This document shows, piece by piece, positions 1 through 11,964 of a stretch of DNA of 64,000 nucleotides. Within the stretch, counting starts at the first letter, position 1, and every line of letters begins with the position of its first letter. The position numbers and the translations under genes were made by a program. The stretch is from Gnetum montanum (lineage: Eukaryota; Plantae; Gnetophyta), in assembly GCA_015680685.1 (NCBI GenBank), contig MNCI01002813.1:1074048-1138047 (forward strand), given 5' to 3'. The notes beneath the pieces are model-generated. The model saw nothing but the letters and a program-made list of their open reading frames with translations, was not told where the DNA came from and made no database searches.

Positions 1-1576
1 GATCTCCCGATTTAGGGAGAAGACGAATAATCCCTTGGTTTAAGATTGGTCCCAAAGAACCAATAAGCATAGCCTCTTTGATAACATGGAAGAGGTCAGA
101 ACCTACCAGATCCTAATGCTTTTGGAAAAACTCGACTGGAAAACCATCATAACTAGGGGCTTTCCCGGGGCTTAGGTTAAAGTAAGCCTGTCAAAGCTCA
201 ATTGGAGTAATATCAGCTTCTAAAATTGTTAGCATAGAAGAATTAACTAGTTTAGGATAATTTAGAGTGCCTGCTGTAAAGGATGCAGGATCCATAGGAG
301 TAGTGGTGAATAAGGCCTCAAAGTGTTCCTTAAGATAAGAGAGAAGATTAGTTTGGTCAGTGATAATGGATCCATTTATGGAGAGTTTATCTAAAGAAGG
401 TGAAGGGGAGGACCAGTTAAGGTACTTAAAGAATTCCTTACAGTGCTCATCTTGAATGTTTAGCCAAGTGAGTCTGCTTTTAATTAAGGCATCTTGTGCC
501 TTATATATTTCCCAATGTTGAAAGGCAATATGGGCTCTGGCAAGCTCCCCATGAAGGTGACTATTGAAGGGATCATCAGTTAGTTTAGTCGTAAGATGCT
601 CAATGGAAGAGCATATGTTAGTGTACTCTTTCCGAGAACGAAAGGCAACTTCCTTACCATAATGACAGGCGAGATTCCTAACTCTACTAGTAGTTCGAAG
701 TCACCAGTGGTTCCAACCCTTTGGACCTAAGGGCCTTGGTTCAGTGTTCCAAAGGCTAGAAAGAAGTTGTTGGGTAGAAGGAGAAGAGAAACATTGACTA
801 TGTAGCCTAAAGAGATGATAATTCCATCGTTGGTGGTCTTTATGGATCTGCATAGATAAAGTAATAGGGAAATGATCAGATAAGGTTACATGTTAGTGGA
901 CTTTAGTAGTAGAAAGGGTCTACCAAAAAGAAAGGGTGGAAAATTAATACCTATCTAATCGACTATAAATGCGAGCCTGCCCCTTACAAAGATTGTTCCA
1001 AGTGAAACTATTTAGAGAGCCACTAGCAGTGTCTGCGATGCCATCTGAAAGATAGAAACGATTCTTAAAATTTGACCAAGCTTGAAATTCGTGATGCGGA
1101 AGTTGAGAGAAAACACCCCCAAGCTTATCATGAGAGAATTCCATCATGTTAAAATCACCACTGAAAATCCAAGGAATAGAAGGGAGGCTATGAGTGATTT
1201 CATGCCACAATCGGGCTCGTTCAGTAGAGTCATTGGGGGCATAAATAGAACAAACTTCGAAGGGACCATGTGAGGAGGAGAAAATAGCCCAAGCCACTCG
1301 GTGACCTAAATTGAACCCATGCTGAAGGAGTTTGTATTTCCAATAGGTTGGATAAAGAATGGTTGCTCCACCTTTGCCACATTTATGAGAAGTAGCGAGA
1401 ACAAAAGAATGGGGAAGAAACCAGTGGGCTGAAAGAGATAATTGTTTAGCTAAGATCTTGATTTCTTAGAGGAGGAGGAAATCCAAAGTGAGATTTAGAC
1501 TAGAGAGAAAGTTGCTAGCTCGTTTGCGACGAAGCCTATCAGTTAGGCCTCGGACATTCCAAGATAGGAGGTTCAT
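1..1576 (-). pseudogene. LINE ORF2 (AP endonuclease + start of reverse transcriptase), with in-frame stops
   Basis: Starts MNLLSWNVRGL (ATG 1576). ORF 944..1297 has IYAPN, GDFN, FTWNN and SRLDR; SDHFP near 870; KAPSYDGFPVEFF near 130-170. Confidence 0.92.
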
Positions 1577-2752
1577 GGAGAAGCTTTAGATGTTATGAGT
1601 GACAAGGCAGTAGAAGGATCATGGTTAGGAATGTCAGTTGTCATAGTAGTGAAAAGAATTGCAAATGAGTTTCTTGTATTAATAGTTAAATATGAGTTAG
1701 TTTTGGGCAAAGGAGAGGAAGAAGAGGTAGTGGTTTTAGATGCTTTGGCCCTTTTCCTTCCCCCTACCATGATAAACTCATCACATAAAAGTGAATCTTG
1801 GACTGATTGTGAGTGGATGATTGGTGCCTTAGACCTAGCCTTAATGAGAGAATGAGATTAGGAGACTCTTGCCTTGAAGGGAGAAGACGAGGAAGAAAGG
1901 TGTGAAGCATTGTTAGAAGTAGAACCAATCTTAATGGAAGCAATTGGTGGGTTAGGTTGAGGAGTAACTATAGGACTGGATTTGGGAGGATTGGTTTGAG
2001 ATTTTTTCTTAGCTAGAAAGGGACATGTAGAAATGTGGTGCTTTGCACGATGGTAGTAGCTACAAGAGTTAGGAAGATAAAAATAGTCTACCTTTTGAGT
2101 AAAAACTTTGCCTCCAGCTCCTAAGGTTAAAGTGGTTTTCTTTTTAGAAATAACTAGTTCGATACAGTAACGATGAAAGTGAGCCCCGTTAACCTCAATT
2201 CCATGGTCAGAGATGACTCCACCTAAGGCGCTAACTATGTCTCGCTCAACAAGTGAAAATATTAAAGGAAGATTAGGTAGCTCTACATAATAAGGGGTAA
2301 TATTAAAGGCTAGGTCGCTGACATTGAAATCAAATTTCTAGGCCCGAGCGATAAGTGTAGCATTACGAGCAGGAAAAATTTGAAGAGAGAGAGCTTTCTC
2401 GATGTGAGAAGCCTCAGAAAGTTTAGCAAGAAAAAAATTACAGGCATAGTATCAAGCGTGTGAAACTTGTATTCCGTGGGCTTGTAAAATATTTTTAATA
2501 TGAAAATTGATGCTTAATGATCGAGGTAGATAACCCACTATTTGAAAAAAAAATAAAACGTGCAGAAAAATATTGAGAAATAGATTCAAAAATATCTTCA
2601 GGTAAAAGAAAATCCAAAGATTCAGAGTTGGGAGAACTTCCCTGAGGTGAAGAAGTAGCAACCGCTGAAGAGTCGTTCATATCCTTGCATGAAAGAAGCT
2701 CCACATCCATAGGAACTGGCTCAATGCTGGTAATAACGCAGTGGTAGCCCAA
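1573..2752 (-). pseudogene. LINE ORF1 (DUF4283-like region plus degenerate CCHC knuckle)
   Basis: YVELPNLPL near 2270-2290 and QKVDYFYLPNSCSYYHRAKHHISTCP near 2020-2100. Ser-rich C-terminus ends at TGA 1573. True start uncertain. Confidence 0.8.
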
Positions 2753-2933
2753 TGCAGACCCTGTTGCCCGCTGCTACCACTGCCCCATAGCCACTAGAGC
2801 ACGGTGCAGTAGCCCTGGCTCATAGTCACCAGAGCACAGCGCAATAGTCCAGGAAGCCAGAAACCCAGGGCACAATGGCTATGACCGCAGAAGCAGCAGA
2901 GATTGCCAAAGGAAATGACAAAAAAATGGAAAT

Positions 2934-4225
2934 GTCTAATCACTATGATTTGAATACAGATGCTTTTAATGAAAAGTATCATGCAACCTTTAAATTATTT
3001 ATTATTATAAGAGATCATCATCCATTAACATTGGCCATCACCAATAAGTCTCAAGCCCATAAAAATTAAGAATACTATGGGTTTTCCAGCCATGTTTTGG
3101 GTAATGTAGTTTATGAAAGGTTGTCTCAAATGTTAATTTTTGACCCTTAAATATGTATTTAAAAGTTTAAAATATTAAAAAAATTTAAGCATGAATGTTT
3201 TACCTCATGCATCTTTATAGCCACCTATCTTATTTAGGATCACTAAATAAAATGTAGTTTCTTCATTTTACCCAATATACATGCAACTAAAAAACTAGAT
3301 ACAAGACCTACCCCAATGATGGTAGCCTTCTCATCTCAAGGACCAGACAATATTACACATGATATACTAAATCCTACTATAATAGCTCTGGGATTAGACA
3401 TTCTTGCAACATATTCCAAAACATCATCTCCCACAGGCTTTTCCTTTGACAAAAGACATGTGGATTTTAACATTGTTTATGGAACTTCCATGTCATGCCC
3501 ACACATCTCCGATGTTGTGGCCTTGTTAAGGGGAGCACACCCATGATGGAGTCTAGCAACCATCAAGTCTACAATCATGACCATACCCATGACAATGGAC
3601 AACAATAGGACAAACATTATGAATGAATCGCATGAAACAGCTGGCCCCTTCAATTATGATTCAAGTCATGTAGATCCAAACAAGGCAATTAGCCCTGAGC
3701 TAGTGTATGACCTATCCAATGAAGACTACTTGAAATTTTTCTGAAGCTTGAAATATAGCTCAACACAAATCAAGGCCATCATGGGAAAGAATTTTAACTA
3801 CCATGCCAAAAAAACCAAGCATTCACAACCTCAATTATTCTTCCATAACAGTTTCAAATTTAAAAGGTTCCATAACTCTCAAAAGACCTTTAAACTAACA
3901 AGCACAAAGAAACAGATGTTTCACATGGTGGTTGATGAGGTGGTCTTGGATGTTACACAACTAATTGAAGTAGTGGTGGCAACGTGGGTGACATGGTGGA
4001 TGTGGGCATTTAAGGCTTTCAACTAGGAGCTGCTACAAAAGCAAAAATAGCAACAACATGCAAGGGGATCTCATAGCCTCCCTCTCTCCTAGCAACAATA
4101 GCAACTATTGTAGGTGGTGAACAATGGTGAACTGTGGGATCTCAAGGTCTCCCTTTCTCTAGTAGTGGCAGGCACATTAGGGTAGAAAATAACAACATCA
4201 TACGTTGTAGGTGGTGCACGTGAGT
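2934..4225 (+). repeat. Left arm of a long inverted repeat
   Basis: Reverse complement aligns continuously with 18921->18092 and then 5385->about 4905. Confidence 0.9.
3280..3897 (+). pseudogene. Subtilisin-like serine protease (S8, resembles SBT5.3/AIR3 type), C-terminal fragment, copy A
   Basis: AFSSQGP..ILNPTIIALGLDILA..SPTGFSFDKR..GTSMSCPH (catalytic Ser)..HP*WSLATIKSTIMT..PFNY..HVDPNKA..LVYDL. Contains stops and frameshifts; N-terminal half absent. Confidence 0.92.
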
Positions 4226-4904
4226 GTCAGTGGACAATGCACAACACATGGAGACATTGCAAAAGGTAAATCAAATAGAAAAATTGGGAAAATTTAAATC
4301 AAATAACTATCTTAAATTTTAATACTTGATGAGAAAATAGTAAAATAGCTACTAAATGTAAATTTTAAAATTCTCCTTCATCTCCTACTGCTACCACTCA
4401 TTGTTACTTCTTGTTGCCTACTCCCATTCAAAATGAGAGTGGCTCCTCTTCTTCAAACCCTTGTAGCATGGGGAAGAGTAGGGAGACAGTGCAAAGAGAG
4501 GGAGAGAGATGTGCTATCTCTTATGGTTGCTACTACCTACTATCGCTGCTCATCAAAGCTCCTCTACACCAACTACTACCACTACTTCCACTATTGCCTC
4601 TACTGGTTCTTGCTGCCTACTGGTTGCTAGCTACTAGTACCATTTGCTAGTTCCTATTGCTTGTTAGCTACTGTCTACTGGCTTCCACCATCTGTCACCA
4701 TTGCTGTGAGCATGCACGACCTACTGCTAGCCAACACTACCTATTGTCATTCGCAACCACCATTTGCACCCACTATCACTACTGCCATTGGTTGGAAAAG
4801 ATAGAGAGAGATTTCTAACCTTTGGTTATGTCACCTACAATGTCTTAGTGCCCTTGCCCATCATCCACCATTGTTTGCATGCATGATGCCTGAACTGCCA
4901 CCAC

Positions 4905-5385
4905 TTGTGCATGTCACCTACAACATCTACTACCATCGTTCATCACCCTTGATGCACATGCCACTACTAGAGATAGGGAGACCTTGAGATCTCACCATTT
5001 GTCATCGTTTGCCGCTTGCAAAAATTTCTATTATTTCTAGGAGAGAGGGAGGCCAAGAGATCCATTTGCATTTTTTTGTTGCTACTACTTTTATAGCAAC
5101 TCCCAACTAATAGCCTTAAATGCCAATATCCACCACATCACCCTCATCACCACCACTACATTAGCTACCTATATAATGTCTGCCACCACCTCGTCGACCA
5201 CCATGTGAAATGTCTACTACTTTGTGCCTATTAGTTTAAAGTTCTTTTAAGAGTTACAAATCCTTTTAATTTTGAAATTGTTATAGAAGGATAATTGAAG
5301 TTGTGAATGGTTGGTTTTTTTTTGGCCAGGTAGTTAAAATTCTTTCTTGTGATGGCCTTCATCTATGTTGAGTTATATTTCAAGT
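4905..5385 (-). repeat. Right arm of the inverted repeat, inner part (includes 3' end of subtilase copy B, about 5231-5385)
   Basis: Reverse complement of 3745-4225; reads LKYNST..NFNYPSITIS on minus. Confidence 0.88.
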
Positions 5386-6283
5386 TGATGAGTCGTCGTT
5401 GGTTGGCTGCATTGATGAGGCCTCATCAACAAGGCCCCATCAATGCATATCACCCTACGTTGATGAGGCCTCTTCAATGCAATGCTTGTCCATTGCTTAT
5501 AAATAGGCACCTACCAGCCACATTTATGTGAAATCTAGATTTCAGTAGTAGCAAAGCTCTTGCATTTTTTCCATTTGCAAGTTAGAATTTTTTCCTGAAG
5601 TTTTCGCAGTAAGAGTCATTAAGTGTATGGATCTTTATTTAAGCATTGTTGTACCTAAGCATGATAGTGTGTTTGGAAATAAAGATAAGCTTTATGATAA
5701 ACCTTGCAACACTTTGGATAAATTAGTTATTTTATTTATACATTTAATATTTTCAATTATTTTAATTATTTATTAAATGTTTTCAATTAGTTATCAAATA
5801 TTTTCTAATTATTACGTTAATAAGACAATTAAGCGAGATAGATTACACACATAAGTATGACCGCTTCGAGTGTAACATGTATTCACTTGGTAATCCTAGC
5901 ACGCTATTGCTTGGTACACTTAGTAGCATAGTGTTTGGTCACCTAGTAGTGGATACGTGGGTTCAGGACATGTACAAAAAGTGGAAATGGATACTTATGT
6001 TAGGATTAGTTAAATGATTAGTTAATTAAATTCCTTTTATCTACATTTTGAGCACCAAAATATAAAATACAAAACAATAAAAATTGGATGCCTCAATTAC
6101 ACTTAACCATACAAACGTACATCACAAGTGTAACTGGGAGGACAATGATTAACCTTAAGGCTAGATTCACCTCCTAAAGGCCTAGTGCATTGGAAATGAT
6201 AAAGTCCAAGAAATTCGACTAGATCGCACATGAACACTTTTTGATTTGTATGGTAGGACGTAGGGGTCTCTCACCACTCATCA
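5386..6283 (+). repeat. E1 5' LTR
   Basis: TG...CA ends with 8-bp terminal inverted repeat; TATA near 5498; aligns over its length with 17174-18091. Confidence 0.95.
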
Positions 6284-6284
6284 T

Positions 6285-6302
6285 TGGTACCATTTTCTAG
6301 GA
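6285..6302 (+). promoter_or_regulatory. Primer binding site (degenerate tRNA-Asp type)
   Basis: TGGTACCATTTTCTAGGA directly after the LTR. Sister copies TGGCATCGCTGTTAGGGA (37933) and TAGCACTGTTGCCAGTGA (46042) point to TGGCGCCGTTGCCGGGGA. Confidence 0.7.
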
Positions 6303-6399
6303 CTTTGTTTGTGGAACGTGTACTATTTAGGTCTAAGTGGATACCATTAATATCATTGTACAAACCTAAAGGTTAATAACATTCCCACTATACATAAAT

Positions 6400-8830
6400 T
6401 ATAAAAGCACACTGACAATTTCATTTTGTTTTACAAAATTTCTTCTTCTTCTCATAAGCCTAAAGATACTAAACCACCAGTCCCACAGGAATGCAAGGTG
6501 GTATACACTCATCCAAATGAGTTTGTGCCGAATTTCACCTTCATCCTACATTAGGATGAATAGATGTGATAGTATGATATGGAGGGTAATGTCATTTTCC
6601 CCCTTGATAAATATATGCTTGAAATGCTATTTAAAACCCTTAAGAAGTTGGGCATAGAAGATCTTCATGAAGATTATGTTGTAGATGGATATGACACTAG
6701 GAACTGTTGTCCCATTGACACACAATGTAAGCGAGATAAATGTCAAGAGAGACCCCATGAAGCCACAAAGGGGAAACATTACAGTAACCTCTTGTTCCTA
6801 CTAGATCAAGAGGACAATGAGGATCCTCCCTTGGAAGGTTCTTAACATGAAGATTCTCCAACCCCTATTACTGATGGTGAGGGTGTGAACTTGACCCTGT
6901 GATTAACTATTCATAAACCAAGTTCAAGAAAAAGTGATAGCCAAGGTAGGGACTTGGGTGAACATTGCAATAATAAGGGATCTAATGATGGTGATTGTAA
7001 GAAGCATAAGAGTGGTGGTAGTGGTAGTCCATCTTTCTCTTCATCCTCTTCATCTGATTTCAAACATCCCTCTTCATTTGACGGTTGTCATGGAAGATGC
7101 TATCAAAACAACCGTGATGAAGGTGATTAATGAAATAACAATGACCATAAAGGTTACCAAAATAGAAGGGGTGGCTGAAACCATCATCAGCATCATCAAC
7201 ACAGCAATGATCATGAACCTTTACTGGCAACTTGAAGTATGCTTAACATTGCAGAGGCACTAAGAATTCCAACTAGGCATATGAAGAATAGTCAGATCAA
7301 GTGCTTAGATATGAACAATATCCCAAGATTTAAGGGGAAATATAATTCTAATCCATAGACACATCTACAAGCTTTTCAAGATGCTTGTGCCTTATAGAAC
7401 ATTTAGAACAAGTGGAAAAAACTCAAGCTTTTTCCAAGGAAACTTATTAAGGAAGCTAAAAGTTTGTATTGGTCCTTAGAACTATAATCTATCCAAAAAT
7501 GGAGTACCATGTTAGAACTATTTAATGACAAATGTCAAGCGTACTCTAGAGTGTCTAACCTGAGAAGGAAAATCCAAGGTTGGAAGTAAAGAGCACATGA
7601 ACCCTTAGATGCTACCATGGGCTGATACTATTCACTCCTATATAGATGCCTTGGCCATGGTTACACTTAGAGGGAACAACCTCACCACATCATAGATGGG
7701 TTCAAAGTAGAAACAAGAAAAATCCTTGGGCGTATGCCTAAGGGTGGTTGTCTGAAATGAGAGCTCATCAAATCTAAAGGCCAATTGAGTAGGTAGAAAA
7801 AGAAGAAGGTGAGCTACAAAAAAGGGGAGAATGCTGAAGAGTATAATAGGGACCCATCCATTAGAAAATGAGAGGTTCGATTTTGTGATGAGGAGGAGTC
7901 ACCACTTGATGAAATGGTGAACATAAAGATCTTGTCTATTCAAAAATCTATTTGTGAAATTTTAGCTAATGTTGACAAGTTATGGGACTCTTTGGATGAA
8001 AAGTTTGAAATTTATTTGAAGATTTTTGAGGAATACAAAGAGAAAAATAGTGATCATAATTGTAGACAACAAAAAGAACCTAAATGTGCCTACCAAAGAC
8101 GTAAGTGAAAAGCTGTTGTAGTAGAGGAAGTTGTGGAATCTAACTCTGATGATAAAACTAAATGTGATATTTGTCAATATGAACATCCAAAGGGATGCTG
8201 CCCTATGATGTCACACTTACAAGAGTTTGATGTGTATACATTAAATCTTTGCCTAGCACATAGACAAGCTCTAAGATGATTTCCTTACCCTTAAGGAAGT
8301 CCAAGATAGTTCCACGAATAGCAACAAGCTTACTATCCAAGTGGAACTCCTCCACAACCTTATGAATAGTATTGACAATGGTACTAACCACTATCATGGG
8401 GAATGCCACCGTCAAGGTAGTAGTACCCTTATAGGCAACCAGATCCATATGGGTACCATGTTTAGCAACTTGTCTCCCCTAGAGGTTTGGCAAGTCATGC
8501 ATCATTCCGGCATCACTATTACCCTCTAGAGTACCACTAAACACATTTACCATCTACTCAAGGAGAAAACCCATATCTATATCCTTATCATCCTCCACAT
8601 CCCTCTATACCTACACCTCCACCTTCAACCCAATTACCTCTTTCTTCGTCTATTCAAGGTGAGATTCCTCCACAACCGCAACAACGAAATGCGAATATAC
8701 ACTCACAACTAGTTTTTCAACTAAGTGGTCCAAATAATCAATTAAGGAAACAACCTTTCTTCCAACCAAATAATCCTCTCTAGCCCTCACAACCTACTCT
8801 GGCTGATCGGCTTACATCTTTAGCCCTCAC
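6400..8830 (+). pseudogene. gag: E1 gag (N-terminal extension, Retrotrans_gag core, Cx2Cx3Hx4C knuckle, Pro-rich tail)
   Basis: HLQAFQDACA..KLKLFP..WSTMLELFN near 7360-7530; CDICQYEHPKGCCP near 8163. Confidence 0.85.
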
Positions 8831-8879
8831 AACCTACACTTGGTTTGAATGGTTCTTGAAGGTATTTGATGTAGAGCTA

Positions 8880-11800
8880 ATTTAGATAGCGACACAATAT
8901 GCATGGAGCCAACTGAGAGCTTAACTTGTGCATATGTATAAGGCATGAAAAAAATTGAACAAGTTCATTCCCAACTCTCTAATGAGGATGATGATAACTA
9001 TTAGGGAGAGTTGGAGATCCCTGATCACTTCAAGTAGGAGCCTTTAGAACTAAAAACTTTACCAATCAAAATGGAGTATGCATTTTTAAAGAATGGTATA
9101 CTAGCCATCATTACTATTAAACTTGCTCCTAAATAAAAAGAAAATTTGTTGAAAGTAATGAATAAATGGTCAACAACCTTCACTTGGTCATATTTAGGGC
9201 TAACAGGAATCAATCCAAGGATATGCTAGCACGACATCTACATTGATCCAACCATGAAGCCTAGAAGGTAGTTGCAAAGGTAGCTAAATCCCAAATTGAA
9301 GTAAATTATTAAGGAGGAGATAGAGCAAATCCTTAAGGTGGGCTTTGTCTATCCAATCACAGATAGTGAGTGGGTTAGCCCACTCATAATTCTACCAAAG
9401 AAGGATGGTAAATGACAGGTTTGCATTAACTTTAGGTTGTTAAATATGGCAACATTTAAGGATCACTTTCCTTTGTCATTTGTGGATCAAGTATTAAACA
9501 TCATATTTGGGAATTATTATTATAGTTTTTTAGATGTTTATAATGGCTATAACCAAATAAAAATTACACTAGAAGACTAGGCCAAGACAACAATCACAAG
9601 TCCATGGGGGTTGTTACATACTCTAAGATGTCGTTTGGCCTATGCAATGCCTCTATGACATTTCAACACTTGGTTCTTAGTATCTTTCAACAAAAGATTG
9701 ATAGTGGTGTTGAAGTCTTCATGGATGACTTCTCCACCTATGGAGCTACCTTTGAGCAAGCCTTGAATCAACTTGAGCAAGTATTGAAGATATGTGTTGA
9801 GACAAACCTATGGCTCAATTGGCAAAAGAGCCATCTCATGGTTCAAGAAGGCATTGTGCTAGGGCATCAAATTTTATAGAAAGGGATTGAAGTAGAACTA
9901 TAAAAGATAAAGGGTCATCCAAGGAATAACATACCAACCAAATACCATTAAAAATGTTTGGTCATTCCTTGGACACACTAGTTACTATCAATGCTTTATT
10001 GAGAATTTCTTTAAGATTGAAAAGCTATTGGTAGAACTTACAAAGAAAGATGCACCTTTCATTTGGACTAAGGAATGTGAAAACACATTCCAATAATTAA
10101 AAGAGAAACTCATAAAAACACCAATCCTATCAGCACCAGATTGGTCCAAACCATTCCATATCATGATAAACGCATCTAGCTATGATTTGGTAGTGCTCAC
10201 GCAAATGGATGATAAGAAATGTCCATATTATATCCACTACACTAGTCGAAGCATTATGGGAGAATAATTAAATTACACCACCATGGAGAAGGAATTAATG
10301 GTAGTGTAATATGTGTTAGAAAATTTTAGCCATTATGTACTAGGTTATAAGATATTTTTACATATTGATCATAGTGCAATTCACTTCCTTATGAGTAACC
10401 TAATGGTGAGACCTCGTGTTATATAGTGGCTTATGATCTTGTAGGAATTCTTTCTTACTATGGTAGAACAAAAAGGGACCACGAATGTGGTCACTGATCA
10501 TCTTTCTCACTTAAGATGGAATAACAAAAAGGAGGAGAGGTAGCTTTTTGATCAATTTCTAGATGAACTCCTCTTTATTGGAGTAATAAATGAACAAACA
10601 CCTGAAAAAGCAATATGGTATAATGACATCCTCACATATCTTCTCACTCAAGAGATGCTGCAAGACTTGGATTTTAGGAAAATGCAACAATTTCTTCATC
10701 GAGTCAAATACTTCATGGAAATCAATAGACACATTTACAAGGTGTGTGTCGATGGCCTAATTTGTTGGTGTGTCCCTAACAAATATCAACTATGCATTTT
10801 CTAGGATACTCATGAAGGACCTTGCATAGGCCATTATGCAAGGAGATGTACAACCATAAAAATCTTGATGGTAGGATACTATTGGCTCACAATCTTTATG
10901 GATGCCCACTAGTTTATCAAGTCTTGTGAATGTTATCAATGTGATGGGGGGATGACCACTCATATGGAAGGTCCTCAATAGTGGATTCAACCACTAGAAC
11001 CTTTCAAAATATGGGGCATTGACTTCATGGATTCCATCAAACCCATGTCTAATGGGAAAGCATATATTATAGTAGTAGTTGACTATTGCACAAAATGGGC
11101 TAAAGTAGTAGCCGTTATAGATTGCACATCATCCACTACCACCAAATTTATACAACAACATATTGTAAATAGATTTGGGGTGCTGTGTTCACTAATTTTT
11201 GATAATGGGACTCATTTCATAGGTGTCACATTTAAAAAATTAATGTAACACTTAGGGGTTGAACATAAATTTACAACACCTTACCATCCCAAGCCAATGG
11301 TCAAGTAGAGGTAACCAACTGAGAGATTACAAAAATATTAATGCGAACCATTAGCAAATATAGGAAGGATTAGAGCACAAAACTTAATGATGCTTTTTGG
11401 GCTTACCAATTAACTTGGAAACTTTCTATTGAATATTCTCCCTATGAGTTAGTGTATGGGAAACTTCCAACACTCCCAATTCAATCTAAGCTTCGTACAC
11501 TCTCAATGGCCTACTATCTAAACCTTAACCTAAGTTTAGCACAAAAGGAAAGATTGATCAATTTGAACGTGCTAGATGAAAATCACTTAGTGGTCTTATC
11601 TTTGAATGAGGTGAACAAGGCATTCAACAAACAATGTCATGACCTTAGAACTAGAAAAGTAAGGTTTCAACCAAGAGATAAGGTCCTCTATTGGAACCCC
11701 ACACATGTACCTCAAAAGGAAAAATTTCAAACATTGTGGAAGGGACCTTATATAATTGATCAAAACTTTCCCTCTGAGGCCATGATCATTTATAAACCTA

Positions 11801-11964
11801 ATAGCCCAAATAAAAAGCAGTTGGTAAATATTCAACAAATTAAACCTTTTCTAGAACCAAGATTGGCTAGTGTAAATATAGTCTCAACTAATGGACATCC
11901 AAGTTCTATTTTTTGGATCTCCTCCTTCCAGCTCAGTCATGGGGGGGATGGCCATCTATGCTGA
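8880..11964 (+). pseudogene. pol: E1 pol (RT, RNase H, integrase); protease apparently deleted
   Basis: WVSP..KDHFPL..GYNQI..FGLCNA..VEVFMDDF (RT); PDWSKPF..NYTTMEKE (RNase H); WGIDFM..VDY..DNGTHF..YHP (integrase); WKGPY. Confidence 0.95.

Larger units (their letters stand above)
1..2933 (-). mobile_element. L1-clade LINE, 5' portion (5' UTR, ORF1, ORF2 endonuclease to start of RT); continues off the left edge
   Basis: Minus-strand ORF1 with zinc knuckle followed by ORF2 with APE endonuclease and RT-proximal motifs. The 5' end is placed where similarity to the subtilase inverted repeat begins (2934). Confidence 0.9.

Noticed and set aside
3280-3897. Functional subtilase gene
   Set aside because: Stops and frameshifts in both copies; no Asp/His catalytic regions found in the window.
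4283-4376. Tiny MULE-like MITE in the hairpin spacer (GGAAAATTT...AAATTCTCC)
   Set aside because: The inverted match is short and AT-rich, with no TSD found.
4411-4650. Short ORF-track proteins here and on the antisense strand of TE genes (e.g. 1595..1855, 11596..11838, 15317..15631)
   Set aside because: Low-complexity or shadow ORFs with no recognisable motifs.
5386-5410. Hammerhead ribozyme (TGATGAG core), i.e. a retrozyme
   Set aside because: This is the LTR terminal inverted repeat; there is no preceding C, no stem II and no GAAA.
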